From: Planctopirus limnophila DSM 3776
GTDB lineage: Bacteria; Planctomycetota; Planctomycetia; Planctomycetales; Planctomycetaceae
Assembly (NCBI RefSeq): GCF_000092105.1
Contig: NC_014148.1
Span: 2,460,001 to 2,492,000, forward strand
DNA: 32,000 nt
Reading direction: 5' to 3'
Shown: positions 8,054 through 16,365 of the stretch, piece after piece
Layout of the letters: every line of letters starts with the position of its first letter
Position numbering within the stretch: position 1 is the first letter of the stretch
Made by a program: the position numbers and the translations under genes
The notes under the pieces: generated by a model
The model's input: the letters and a program-made list of their open reading frames with translations, nothing else
Told to the model about the DNA's origin: nothing
The model's database searches: none

Positions 8054-10822
8054 CTATTTGAGATAACGAAAATCACCCGAGGCATAGAGAGCCTGAATGA
8101 ATGAACCCCAGGCTGCGGTCCGGGAATCTCGAATCGAGATCTTCTTCAGGGCAACCGGAAGATCGTTTTGCTCCATCTCATCGGCATTCGCGAGTGCCAA
8201 CGCACTATTTGTAGCCCCAGAAGGATTGTTTCCCGAAGCAGCCGACGTCTCTTCAGGCTTACTGGAGGCAGCCGCAATCAATCGATTTGTTGAAAGCGAT
8301 TCAGATGACCCAGCAGTGTTTGATGCCAGATAGATACTGGCTTCTTTCTCATACACAGATAAATAGTCAACGATTGTGTTAACTTCAGTTACCGAGGGAT
8401 CTCGTCCAAGAATCTGGCGATACGCATGAACGATGCGGGATCGATCGTCGTGATCTTCACCATCAAGCAAGGATTGTGCCAGCCGAACACTGTGTTGCCG
8501 CACAAAAGGGTCGTTCAGGAGGTAGAGCGACTGGGTAGCAACAGTTGTTTGGTCTCGGGCGCCAGTCACCATCCCTTGCTCAGCAAAGTCAAACACTTCT
8601 AACGCTCTGGGGAGAATCCCCCTGACGAGTGGAAGATAAACACTGCGGAGAGTTGAGTTCTCGGCCGCCACTTGAAGATTGCGGGCCTCCGGGCCGTTGT
8701 TCCGAATTTCGATCACCTTCAACTCAGCAGCGGGAGACCTCTCGGGACGAGAAGTATCAAGAGACTGAGTTGTGGCCAGAATACTGTCGCGAATCTCCTC
8801 GGCAGTCAGGCGGCGAGGAGTGTGCCTCCAGATCCAGCGATTCGCAGGGTCGATCTGCTGATATGCAGCGACATTTTCCGTACTGAGTCGATAGGTTTTT
8901 GTGAGAACAATCTTGCGGATCAGTTTCTTCAGCGAGGCTCCATTTTGAATGAAATCCTGAGCGAGAAAATCGAGGAGTTCCGGATGAGAGGGGGTATCAC
9001 CCGTCAGACCGAAGTTATCGACTGTCGAGACGATTCCTCGACCAAATAGATGATGCCAGACACGATTCACTATCACCCGGTGAGTAATGGCATTCTGCGG
9101 TGCAGTTAACCATTGAGCGAGCTCGGCCCGGCCACTTTGCCCAGCGGTAATCTGTGGCTGACCTTCCCAAGTCGCCAGTTTCAAGAATCCACGGGGGACA
9201 ACCGGCCCGAGTTGCTCAGCCTCTCCCCGCAGGCGAAGTTCTGTGTCTGAAATCTGCTTACTGTCACGGGCACCAAGAGTCACTTCGCCTAAATGAGCTG
9301 GATCAGTGAGGAGGTTTAACTCGGCTTGAAGACGGTTCCATTTCTGGCGAGCCATCTGCTGCCTGGGACGGCCATTCGGGCCTTTCTCCTGGCCTTCGGG
9401 TGTCCCACGGAGTCTTTCAAATTCCTCACGCGCTTCGGCAACTGCCTGCTGAGCTTTCTCAACTTTTTGATGCTGCTCAGGATCAGGTTCAGATTTGGTT
9501 TGTGAAATCACCAGCAATGCCGCAGTGTCGTAATAATCCAGACCTCCACCACCCATCTTATTTCGGACACCAGCCAGAATATCAGTACTCGTGAAAATTC
9601 CTGCCAGTGCGTAGTACTCACGCTGCGAAACCGGATCAAATTTATGATCATGGCAACGTGCACAACTGACAGTGACTCCCAGGACTGAACGGGTCACGGT
9701 GTCAATCGCTTCGTCAACATTGTCCATGACGAAACGAACCTTAAACCTCTGGTTTACATCTTTGACACCCAGTGCCAGGAAGCCCGTAGCCACAAGGTTT
9801 TCGATGCGTTCACTTTCGGAAGAGTAGGGGAGCAGGTCACCCGCGACCTGTTCAGCGATAAATCGATCAAAGGGCTTATCTTTATTAAACGCATCAATAA
9901 CGTAGTTACGATACTTGTAGGCTTGAGGGTAGGGAATATTACGAGCAGACCCTGTGGACTCGCCAAAACGACTGACATCCAGCCAGTGGCGACCCCATTT
10001 CTCTCCAAATGCAGGAGAAGCGAGAAATCCGTCGACAAGTTGAGCATAATTTTCAGTCGATGGGTTTGCTTCAAAAGCTCGCAATTGCTCGTCGCCGGGA
10101 GGTAATCCCGTGAGATCAAAGGCGACTCGCCTCAATAGGGAGGCAGGGTCAGCATCACTCACAGGGGAAAGGTTGTGATCATTCAACTTTGCCAGCACAA
10201 ACTGATCAATGGGGTCAGTGGCCCAGTTCGAATCTTGTATGACAGGTGGGGTCACAGCTTTCAATGGCTGCCAAGCCCAATGGCTGGCCAAAAGCTCCTG
10301 ATAATCACTACTCCCTTTGCCGATCTCATGTGAAACTTCCACACGAGGCCAGGGAGCACCGCGACGAATCCAGTCTTCAAGAATCTGGATCTTCTCGTCA
10401 GGCAGTTTTTCTTCAGGAGGCATCTTCAGCTTGCCAGTGTATCGAACAGCCTGAACTAACAGGCTTTCTTCAGGCTGATGTGGAACAACTGCAGAACCTC
10501 GATTACCACCGTTACGCAATCCCTGATAATCATCGACGCGCAAACCACCAGCAGCTTTGTTGTCAGCGGAATGACATGTGTAACAATGCGCCACGAGGAT
10601 TGGCCGAACCTTCTTCTCAAAGAATTCAAAATCGGCTGGAAGCTGTGAATCTTGTAGAGATCCTGAAACCACAACAGATCGAGTGTTCAGCGAGTTTTGC
10701 GCTGAGACGACCTGCCTGGACTCTTCGGCAGTTGCGGGTGTCTTGACCTGCGCTTGAAGGTGCTCACCAGATGCGGCCATCCCCACAGCCAGGACCGTCA
10801 GGCATTTCGTAAAAAAACTCAT
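8054..10822 (-). CDS. PSCyt1/PSCyt2/PSD1 protein (planctomycete cytochrome c domain plus DUF1549 plus DUF1553)
   Basis: Signal peptide MSFFTKCLTVLAVGMAASG. Heme-binding CxxCH (HCYTCHS) near the N-terminus. DUF1549 signature CARCHDHKFDP. Long C-terminal DUF1553-like region. 922 aa. Confidence 0.85.
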   Translation of the reverse strand: MSFFTKCLTVLAVGMAASGEHLQAQVKTPATAEESRQVVSAQNSLNTRSVVVSGSLQDSQLPADFEFFEKKVRPILVAHCYTCHSADNKAAGGLRVDDYQGLRNGGNRGSAVVPHQPEESLLVQAVRYTGKLKMPPEEKLPDEKIQILEDWIRRGAPWPRVEVSHEIGKGSSDYQELLASHWAWQPLKAVTPPVIQDSNWATDPIDQFVLAKLNDHNLSPVSDADPASLLRRVAFDLTGLPPGDEQLRAFEANPSTENYAQLVDGFLASPAFGEKWGRHWLDVSRFGESTGSARNIPYPQAYKYRNYVIDAFNKDKPFDRFIAEQVAGDLLPYSSESERIENLVATGFLALGVKDVNQRFKVRFVMDNVDEAIDTVTRSVLGVTVSCARCHDHKFDPVSQREYYALAGIFTSTDILAGVRNKMGGGGLDYYDTAALLVISQTKSEPDPEQHQKVEKAQQAVAEAREEFERLRGTPEGQEKGPNGRPRQQMARQKWNRLQAELNLLTDPAHLGEVTLGARDSKQISDTELRLRGEAEQLGPVVPRGFLKLATWEGQPQITAGQSGRAELAQWLTAPQNAITHRVIVNRVWHHLFGRGIVSTVDNFGLTGDTPSHPELLDFLAQDFIQNGASLKKLIRKIVLTKTYRLSTENVAAYQQIDPANRWIWRHTPRRLTAEEIRDSILATTQSLDTSRPERSPAAELKVIEIRNNGPEARNLQVAAENSTLRSVYLPLVRGILPRALEVFDFAEQGMVTGARDQTTVATQSLYLLNDPFVRQHSVRLAQSLLDGEDHDDRSRIVHAYRQILGRDPSVTEVNTIVDYLSVYEKEASIYLASNTAGSSESLSTNRLIAAASSKPEETSAASGNNPSGATNSALALANADEMEQNDLPVALKKISIRDSRTAAWGSFIQALYASGDFRYLK

Positions 10823-10900
10823 GGTTCAGTACTTTTTGGAAGACGAAGGGTTGATGGCCATTGCCAAGGCATTCAGCTGCAAGAATCACATAAGTATGAC

Positions 10901-11365
10901 TTAACGAATAGCGACCTGTTTTGTTCGACGATTCGCGTTTCTATTGAACGGTTCCAGCTCCACATTAAAAATGTGTTCACTTTCCAGACCGGGAACGTTG
11001 ACTTTAATCTCAGATTTCTTGCTGTATTTATCTGGCAAACGAAATTGCGGAGGCGTATCACTCCCGGACTCAGGATCTATATAGAGCTTGACTTGATGCT
11101 GCCCGGGAGCAGCACCGTAGCGATCGCGCGTAAAACGAAGACGGAAATTGCCGTTCTGGTCTGTATACCCCACTGATGAAGCGGTTTTTGAATCGAGTGG
11201 CTGATATTCGACACTCACCCCAGCCACCGGTTTACCAGCCGACATCACTTTTCCATGGACCTCACTCAGGGCAGGCCCGGAATTGAAGCAACCGGGAAGA
11301 AATGACGCTCCGCAGACCACACCTATCACCGACCAGATGGGTGGTAGTTTTGAAGAAACTCTCAT
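10901..11365 (-). CDS. Small lipoprotein with a carboxypeptidase-regulatory-like beta-sandwich region
   Basis: Lipobox-like FLPGC follows a hydrophobic leader (MRVSSKLPPIWSVIGVVCGASFLPGC). The motif GKVMSAGKPVAGVSVEY...TDQNGNFRL is typical of CarboxypepD_reg-like domains. It sits directly downstream of the DUF1559 gene, a common planctomycete pairing. Confidence 0.6.
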   Translation of the reverse strand: MRVSSKLPPIWSVIGVVCGASFLPGCFNSGPALSEVHGKVMSAGKPVAGVSVEYQPLDSKTASSVGYTDQNGNFRLRFTRDRYGAAPGQHQVKLYIDPESGSDTPPQFRLPDKYSKKSEIKVNVPGLESEHIFNVELEPFNRNANRRTKQVAIR

Positions 11366-11423
11366 TGGCGATAATACCTTCTATCAAGAACCCTACCTAC
11401 GAATTTACTGATGACAACTATCA

Positions 11424-12401
11424 TTAATATTCACCTAATGCTGATCCATCATTACGAATTGCCAGCCGCTGGTACGTTCCTAGCAAGGTACGAGGATTCC
11501 CGACGACTTCTGGCGTATTATCGAAGTAGATCGCATCACTCACGAATTGCACCCGGCCGTCACCGAAGAGGAAATGGGCACCACCGATATGAGCACTATG
11601 AAATCCACGGCCAGCCGTTGTCTGTCCGGGTGCATTTGGTAGATTCAACTTCCAGTTGGCAAGTCCCTGAGTTTGCCTCAAGCCCACATCAGCATTGCCT
11701 GTATAGTTTCGAACGCCAATCCAGATTGCTGAAAGATTGTCCCAGTTACGTTCACCGACAATAAATGTGTTACTCGCACCGTCGGTATAATCAGTTAAGC
11801 GAACTTTGCTTCCTGGCCAGAAAGTCCCAAATGGATCTGCCTGATTAAGCACCCAATCGTCGGCGTGCACCCAGCGGGTCCCGTGAACACCGACATAACT
11901 GGCTGTCGCTGCGGCAGTATCTCCATAGGCGGCATTGGTGAAACCGCGCTGATCATTCAGTTGAGGCGCAGTATCCGAAGGGCAGCGGTACCCAGGAACC
12001 ACAGCCTGCACCTGATTTCGAGTGCTCGCATTCAGTAGCAATTCAACGAGTTCCCGATTACCGATATTCAATTGATTGTAAAGAGTGGACTGATCAATCT
12101 GAGGGAGAATCAAAGCTGCCCAGGAATAACCCGTGGCTCGATTCGCGGTCGTGAGATTGATGCGATACCCCGCATCCGGCTGCCTTGATGAAAAGACATT
12201 CCCAGGCGGAAAAGTGTTATGCAAGTCGTGATAATTGTGAAGTGCCAGACCAATCTGCTTGAGATTATTGCGGCATTGTGTCCGGCGTGCAGCTTCTCTC
12301 GCCTGTTGCACAGCAGGGAGCAATAAAGCGATCAGGACAGCAATAATTGCTATCACAACAAGCAATTCGATCAGCGTAAATCCTTGCTTCTTAAAACTCA
12401 T
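11424..12401 (-). CDS. DUF1559 / H-X9-DG protein with an N-terminal prepilin-type cleavage-methylation domain
   Basis: The ORF extends to 12548, but the start at 12401 gives MSFKKQGFTLIELLVVIAIIAVLIALLLPAVQQAREAARRTQCRNNLKQIGLALHNYHD, the canonical prepilin leader plus DUF1559 N-terminus. The C-terminal HIGGAHFLFGDG fits H-X9-DG. Confidence 0.85.
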   Translation of the reverse strand: MSFKKQGFTLIELLVVIAIIAVLIALLLPAVQQAREAARRTQCRNNLKQIGLALHNYHDLHNTFPPGNVFSSRQPDAGYRINLTTANRATGYSWAALILPQIDQSTLYNQLNIGNRELVELLLNASTRNQVQAVVPGYRCPSDTAPQLNDQRGFTNAAYGDTAAATASYVGVHGTRWVHADDWVLNQADPFGTFWPGSKVRLTDYTDGASNTFIVGERNWDNLSAIWIGVRNYTGNADVGLRQTQGLANWKLNLPNAPGQTTAGRGFHSAHIGGAHFLFGDGRVQFVSDAIYFDNTPEVVGNPRTLLGTYQRLAIRNDGSALGEY

Positions 12402-12441
12402 GATCAACCCTTTGTGAATATCTATGTTCTCAATTTGATCG

Positions 12442-12756
12442 TTAGGAATTCGAAGTGACATGCCGTGCAATGCGGTTGAGGCTGCGAAGAGTTCGAGAAA
12501 TTGAGGGATTGACCTGAAGTTCATCTGCAACATCGAGTTGGAACACACTTCGACGAGCGACTTGTACGGCCAGCGCTTTCTCGAAATAGCTGTCTACGGT
12601 CCCCGTCAGGACAAGCACACCGTTACTGATATGAATCTGAATGAAGCGAAATGTGTCAGGCTCTTGAATGAAGAGCCTTTCGTAGAGCTGTCTTTCCGTC
12701 GTTGTTTCAGAAGGCGAAACAGAATTGGCGATATCGGAATTATTAAAGGCAACCAT
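12442..12756 (-). CDS. Small BON-domain-like protein
   Basis: 104 aa. VLVLTGTVDSYFEKALAVQVARRSVFQLDVADELQV resembles the BON pattern (hydrophobic-L-x-G-x-V, helix, then V-x-N/D-x-L-x-V). It ends 40 nt upstream of the DUF1559 start. Assigned by motif resemblance only. Confidence 0.45.
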   Translation of the reverse strand: MVAFNNSDIANSVSPSETTTERQLYERLFIQEPDTFRFIQIHISNGVLVLTGTVDSYFEKALAVQVARRSVFQLDVADELQVNPSISRTLRSLNRIARHVTSNS

Positions 12757-13491
12757 AATATCTTTCTGTGGCGTTACGCCGTGTTTACTTTTGAATATAC
12801 AGACACAGATTGGGGCTAGCTGTTCCCAATCTAAATAAGCGACTCAACCAGCGAGGATACATGCTTTTGCTGCCCTCGGAGGCGAGCGACATCACGTGGA
12901 GGAGGGACTGAGCTGCCTCCCATCGGCAGTCATCATTGGCCAACCGATGGACTGGCCTGGCATTCAAAAATAAGCCAAATAACGACCAGGTGATTCTTCG
13001 CAAGAGACAGCCTGTAATGGACAGCCTGTCAGGCCTATTTGATACGCCGTTCACCATCCATGGGCACCAATTTCAACCCGGGATCACGACGTGAAATTCT
13101 GAACTAACAACAACAAACGGAGCGCATGCCAATGGAACACAGCTCAACGTGCTTGAAGCCAGGATTACGAGAAACGACCAGAGCTTCCGCAATGCGACTG
13201 CAGAATGCCTTTCGAGATTTTCGGAACGAATCCATGAGAGACTCCTCAAGTCTCAGACACGATGGAAGGGGAGATTCAGCGAGATAAACACCCTTGAGCC
13301 GTGTGGCCCAACAGATCTATCACTCACTGAGTGGTAGTTAGTATCGGGACGTTTTCGAAAAATGTCAACTCAAATTCCGAAAAAACTGCAGTTCAGCCCA
13401 AAAGACCACTTTCCATCAAAAGCTGATGAGACCAAGCGAGACTCGGAATGCCTTTGTTCTGCGTGATTTCCTATGATCTGATTTCGCCCAC

Positions 13492-13537
13492 TTGACCTGA
13501 GGTAAAATCCATGGCTACATTGCCATGCAACCATGAA
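13492..13537 (+). promoter_or_regulatory. Candidate arsR promoter and operator
   Basis: TTGACC (13492-13497), an 18-nt spacer, then TACATT (13516-13521), ending about 12 nt before the arsR ATG at 13533. The sequence tCCATGGctacattgCCATGcaaCCATGaa holds three CCATG motifs in an imperfect dyad, 22 of 30 positions self-complementary by my count. Planctomycete promoter rules are poorly known. Confidence 0.3.
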
Positions 13538-13868
13538 TAACGAGCAGCGAATCAAATACGAAGCCCGGGCAAAGATCGCGAAGGCGCTGGCGCATCCAGC
13601 CAGATTGTTCATGCTCGACTGGATGCATGATCGCGAATGTTCCGTCTCCGAACTCACCGCTGAACTGGGACTTGATCAATCGACGGTTTCCAAACATCTG
13701 GCTGTGCTGCGCGAAGCAGGAGTAGTCTCAGCACGTAAAGCCGGAACCACGTCCTTCTACCGGGTCAGCTGTGGTTGTCTCGATGGGTTCTTCACCTGCC
13801 TGGAAAACGTTCTCAAATGTGATATCACGAAGCGTCAACAAAGCCTCGCTGAGGACCCAACCTCATGA
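13533..13868 (+). CDS. arsR: ArsR/SmtB-family metalloregulator
   Basis: Winged-helix core HPARLFMLDWM...SVSELTAELGLDQSTVSKHLAVLREAGVV...SFYRV. It is the first gene of an ars-type operon, and its stop overlaps the next start (ATGA at 13865-13868). Confidence 0.8.
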   Translation: MNNEQRIKYEARAKIAKALAHPARLFMLDWMHDRECSVSELTAELGLDQSTVSKHLAVLREAGVVSARKAGTTSFYRVSCGCLDGFFTCLENVLKCDITKRQQSLAEDPTS

Positions 13869-14581
13869 GTACACGAAGCTATGTTGCTGAAGCGATCGGT
13901 ACTTTCACCCTCGTATTTGCCGGAGCAGGGGCGATCGTTGTTAACGATCTCAGTGGCGGTGTTATTACCCATCCCGGAATTGCTTTAACTTTCGGCCTGG
14001 TGGTCATGGCCATGATTTACGCCCTGGGCGATATCTCAGGAGCCCACCTGAATCCCGCTGTAACACTGGGTTTCTGGCTTGCACGGCGACTGCCAGCACG
14101 CCAATTGGCACCTTATATCGCCAGCCAGATACTGGGTGCTGTCACTGCAGCCAGCCTGTTACGAATGCTCTTCATGTACCACCCCACTTTGGGGGCAACG
14201 TTGCCGGTCTATTTCTGGTGGCAGGCTTTGATTCTCGAAATCATTCTTACCGCCATATTAATGTTTGTCATTTTGTGTGTCTCCACGGGGGCTCGCGAAA
14301 AAGGTGTGATGGCAGGAGCAGCCATTGGTGCTGTCGTCGCTTTTGCAGCCATGTTCGGCGGCCCGATCTCAGGGGCTTCGATGAATCCGGCACGCTCATT
14401 CGGGCCAGCCGTTATCAGCGGAAATCTCGCCTCATTGTGGATCTACATCCTGGCACCATGCATCGGATCAGCGTTCGCTGTCTTGAGTTTTCAGCAACTC
14501 CACCAGGAAATTCCGATACCTGCCAATCCACAAGACGAACTCCAGCTCAATAACCCTACGACAGACAGGCTCGAATCATGA
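13865..14581 (+). CDS. MIP-family channel (aquaglyceroporin, AqpS-like) in an ars operon
   Basis: Two NPA boxes (HLNPAVTLG and SMNPARSFG), six predicted hydrophobic helices, 238 aa. Its stop overlaps the arsC start (ATGA at 14578-14581). Confidence 0.85.
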   Translation: MSTRSYVAEAIGTFTLVFAGAGAIVVNDLSGGVITHPGIALTFGLVVMAMIYALGDISGAHLNPAVTLGFWLARRLPARQLAPYIASQILGAVTAASLLRMLFMYHPTLGATLPVYFWWQALILEIILTAILMFVILCVSTGAREKGVMAGAAIGAVVAFAAMFGGPISGASMNPARSFGPAVISGNLASLWIYILAPCIGSAFAVLSFQQLHQEIPIPANPQDELQLNNPTTDRLES

Positions 14582-14994
14582 AACGCGTACTCATTCTTTG
14601 CACGGGAAACTCCTGCCGCTCGCAAATGGCCGAAGGTTTATGGAACACTCTGGGCCAGCCTACGTGGGAAGCGGTCTCGGCAGGCTCACGTCCTGCCGGC
14701 TACGTTCATCCGCTGGCCGTGCGAGCCATGGGAGAACTGGGGATCGATATTTCGAACCTCGTGAGTAAGTCGGTCGCACCGTATCAGAATGAAAACTTCG
14801 ACCTGGTGGTCACGGTGTGCGATAACGCCAAAGAGGCATGCCCTGTATTCCCAGGAGCGAAACTCACGCTGCATTGGCCATTTGCAGACCCGGCCCACGC
14901 CGAAGGAAACGACGAGGAAAAGATGGTCATGTTCCGCCGTGTGCGTGATGAAATCCGTGATACCATCAGTGGCTATCTCAAAACTGTCTCTTGA
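14578..14994 (+). CDS. arsC: Arsenate reductase, LMW-PTP / thioredoxin-coupled type
   Basis: P-loop CX5R(S) in VLILCTGNSCRSQMAEG. A downstream Cys pair with six intervening residues (VCDNAKEACP) matches the spacing of the Cys82/Cys89 pair in Bacillus/Staphylococcus ArsC. Confidence 0.85.
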   Translation: MKRVLILCTGNSCRSQMAEGLWNTLGQPTWEAVSAGSRPAGYVHPLAVRAMGELGIDISNLVSKSVAPYQNENFDLVVTVCDNAKEACPVFPGAKLTLHWPFADPAHAEGNDEEKMVMFRRVRDEIRDTISGYLKTVS

Positions 14995-15080
14995 CAGGTT
15001 TTTAGCGATTGTTTTCCCAGTCAAGTGCTGAAAAACTCTCGACTAATATTTTTTGATACGCTGAAAGAGCACGCTCTATC

Positions 15081-16313
15081 GTGGCAGATCACTGGGATAT
15101 CTTCTGTCGGGTGATTGACAATTATGGTGATATTGGTGTGTGCTGGCGTTTGGCTCGGCAGTTGCATCATGAACTGGGAATTCGCGTCCGGCTCTGGATC
15201 GATCAACTCGATGTGTTGACTCACCTGTGCCCACAAGTCCGAATGAACCTCGGCTGTCAGCAGGTGGATGGTATCGAAATCTGTCAATGGGAGACTTGTT
15301 CAGAAGAGACTCAGCCCGCTCGAGTGGTCATTGAAGCTTTTGCCTGTGAGATTCCCGGCTGTTACCAAAGATCACTCCTGTCACTGCATGAGTCACAGCC
15401 AAATCCTCCAGTGGTATGGATCAATCTGGAATATCTCAGTGCCGAGAATTGGGTTTCTGAATGCCATGGGCTGGCGACTCCGGGTTCTTCGACCAGCCTG
15501 AGGAAGCATTTCTTCTTCCCGGGTTTCACGACAGAAACGGGGGGGCTGCTTAAGGAAGCTGGTCTCAGGGGGCAGGTTCGTCGCTACCAGCAGAAGTTCA
15601 CATCTCAAAGTTCTCAGGCGACGCCAGACCTGTGGGCTCGACTAGTTGGGAAAACGGGGGAAAACCAACTTCCTGACTCTCAGAAAATGCCCGGTGAACT
15701 GCGAGTTTCTTTATTCTGTTATCAGAATCCGTGGATTCCCAGACTTCTCGATTACTGGTCATCCCGAAGTGCTCCCACGAGTTTGTTTGTCACCCACGGG
15801 TTAGCGACCAATCAGGTTGCCAAATGGTGTGGCTATTCACTCAAAGCGGGCGATCGACGGCAAATTGGTGCTCTTGAGCTTTTGATTTTGCCCTTTCTGC
15901 CACCCCCGGCTTACGACGAACTGCTTTGGAGCTGTGATTTCAATTTTGTGCGGGGGGAAGACTCTTTTGTTCGTGCTCAATGGGCGAATCGACCTCTGAT
16001 CTGGCAGATTTATCCGCAGGAAGATGCTGCTCACCATAAGAAGCTCGAAGCCTTTCTGAGCCTGTATTTGAGGGGTTTTTCCAATGTTGAGGCAGTTTCT
16101 GAGTTCTGGCGTCTTTGGAATCACATTCCGCCGGATCGTTCCTGGGCACATACCAGCGGCATCGAAGACGCCTGGGAAAAACTGCTTCATTTTCGACAAG
16201 AATGGAATCGACACAGCGAGGAATGGGCCGACCGGCTTGACCGTAAGAGCAATCTCGCAAACAATCTGGAAATGTTCGTAAGAAAAATCCGTGAGGAAAC
16301 TTCAAGCTCTTGA
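15081..16313 (+). CDS. earP: EF-P arginine rhamnosyltransferase EarP (DUF2331)
   Basis: GTG start. The N-terminal WDIFCRVIDNYGDIGVCWRLARQL is the EarP signature. About 410 aa. It lies directly upstream of an efp gene carrying the SGRNAA acceptor loop. Confidence 0.8.
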   Translation: MADHWDIFCRVIDNYGDIGVCWRLARQLHHELGIRVRLWIDQLDVLTHLCPQVRMNLGCQQVDGIEICQWETCSEETQPARVVIEAFACEIPGCYQRSLLSLHESQPNPPVVWINLEYLSAENWVSECHGLATPGSSTSLRKHFFFPGFTTETGGLLKEAGLRGQVRRYQQKFTSQSSQATPDLWARLVGKTGENQLPDSQKMPGELRVSLFCYQNPWIPRLLDYWSSRSAPTSLFVTHGLATNQVAKWCGYSLKAGDRRQIGALELLILPFLPPPAYDELLWSCDFNFVRGEDSFVRAQWANRPLIWQIYPQEDAAHHKKLEAFLSLYLRGFSNVEAVSEFWRLWNHIPPDRSWAHTSGIEDAWEKLLHFRQEWNRHSEEWADRLDRKSNLANNLEMFVRKIREETSSS

Positions 16314-16365
16314 GAGCCTGGGTTCCTCCCCATCAGACTGTGACCATCTTCCAGGAAATTGTTTC

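Noticed and set aside
12402-12548. N-terminal extensions offered by the ORF track for the DUF1559 gene (12402..12548), cheA (25341..25484) and efp (16291..16365)
   Set aside because: In each case an internal Met starts exactly at the conserved family N-terminus (the prepilin leader, the Hpt domain, and EF-P MSVK...) and has a purine-rich tract upstream. The extensions also overlap or crowd neighbouring genes.
12785-13057. 90-aa minus-strand ORF upstream of the BON gene
   Set aside because: It is R/L/S/W-rich with no recognisable domain, and it spans the palindromic elements that look regulatory.
13104-13235. 43-aa minus-strand ORF ending in CCC (MDSFRKSRKAFCSRIAEALVVSRNPGFKHVELCSIGMRSVCCC) near the ars operon
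   Set aside because: A Cys-rich peptide beside a metalloid operon is tempting. It is too short to evaluate, though, has no ribosome-binding signal that I could see, and overlaps equally weak plus-strand ORFs. It would need conservation or ribosome-profiling evidence.
15021-15287. 88-aa minus-strand ORF overlapping the earP start
   Set aside because: It is antisense to the strongly conserved EarP N-terminal signature and has no motif.
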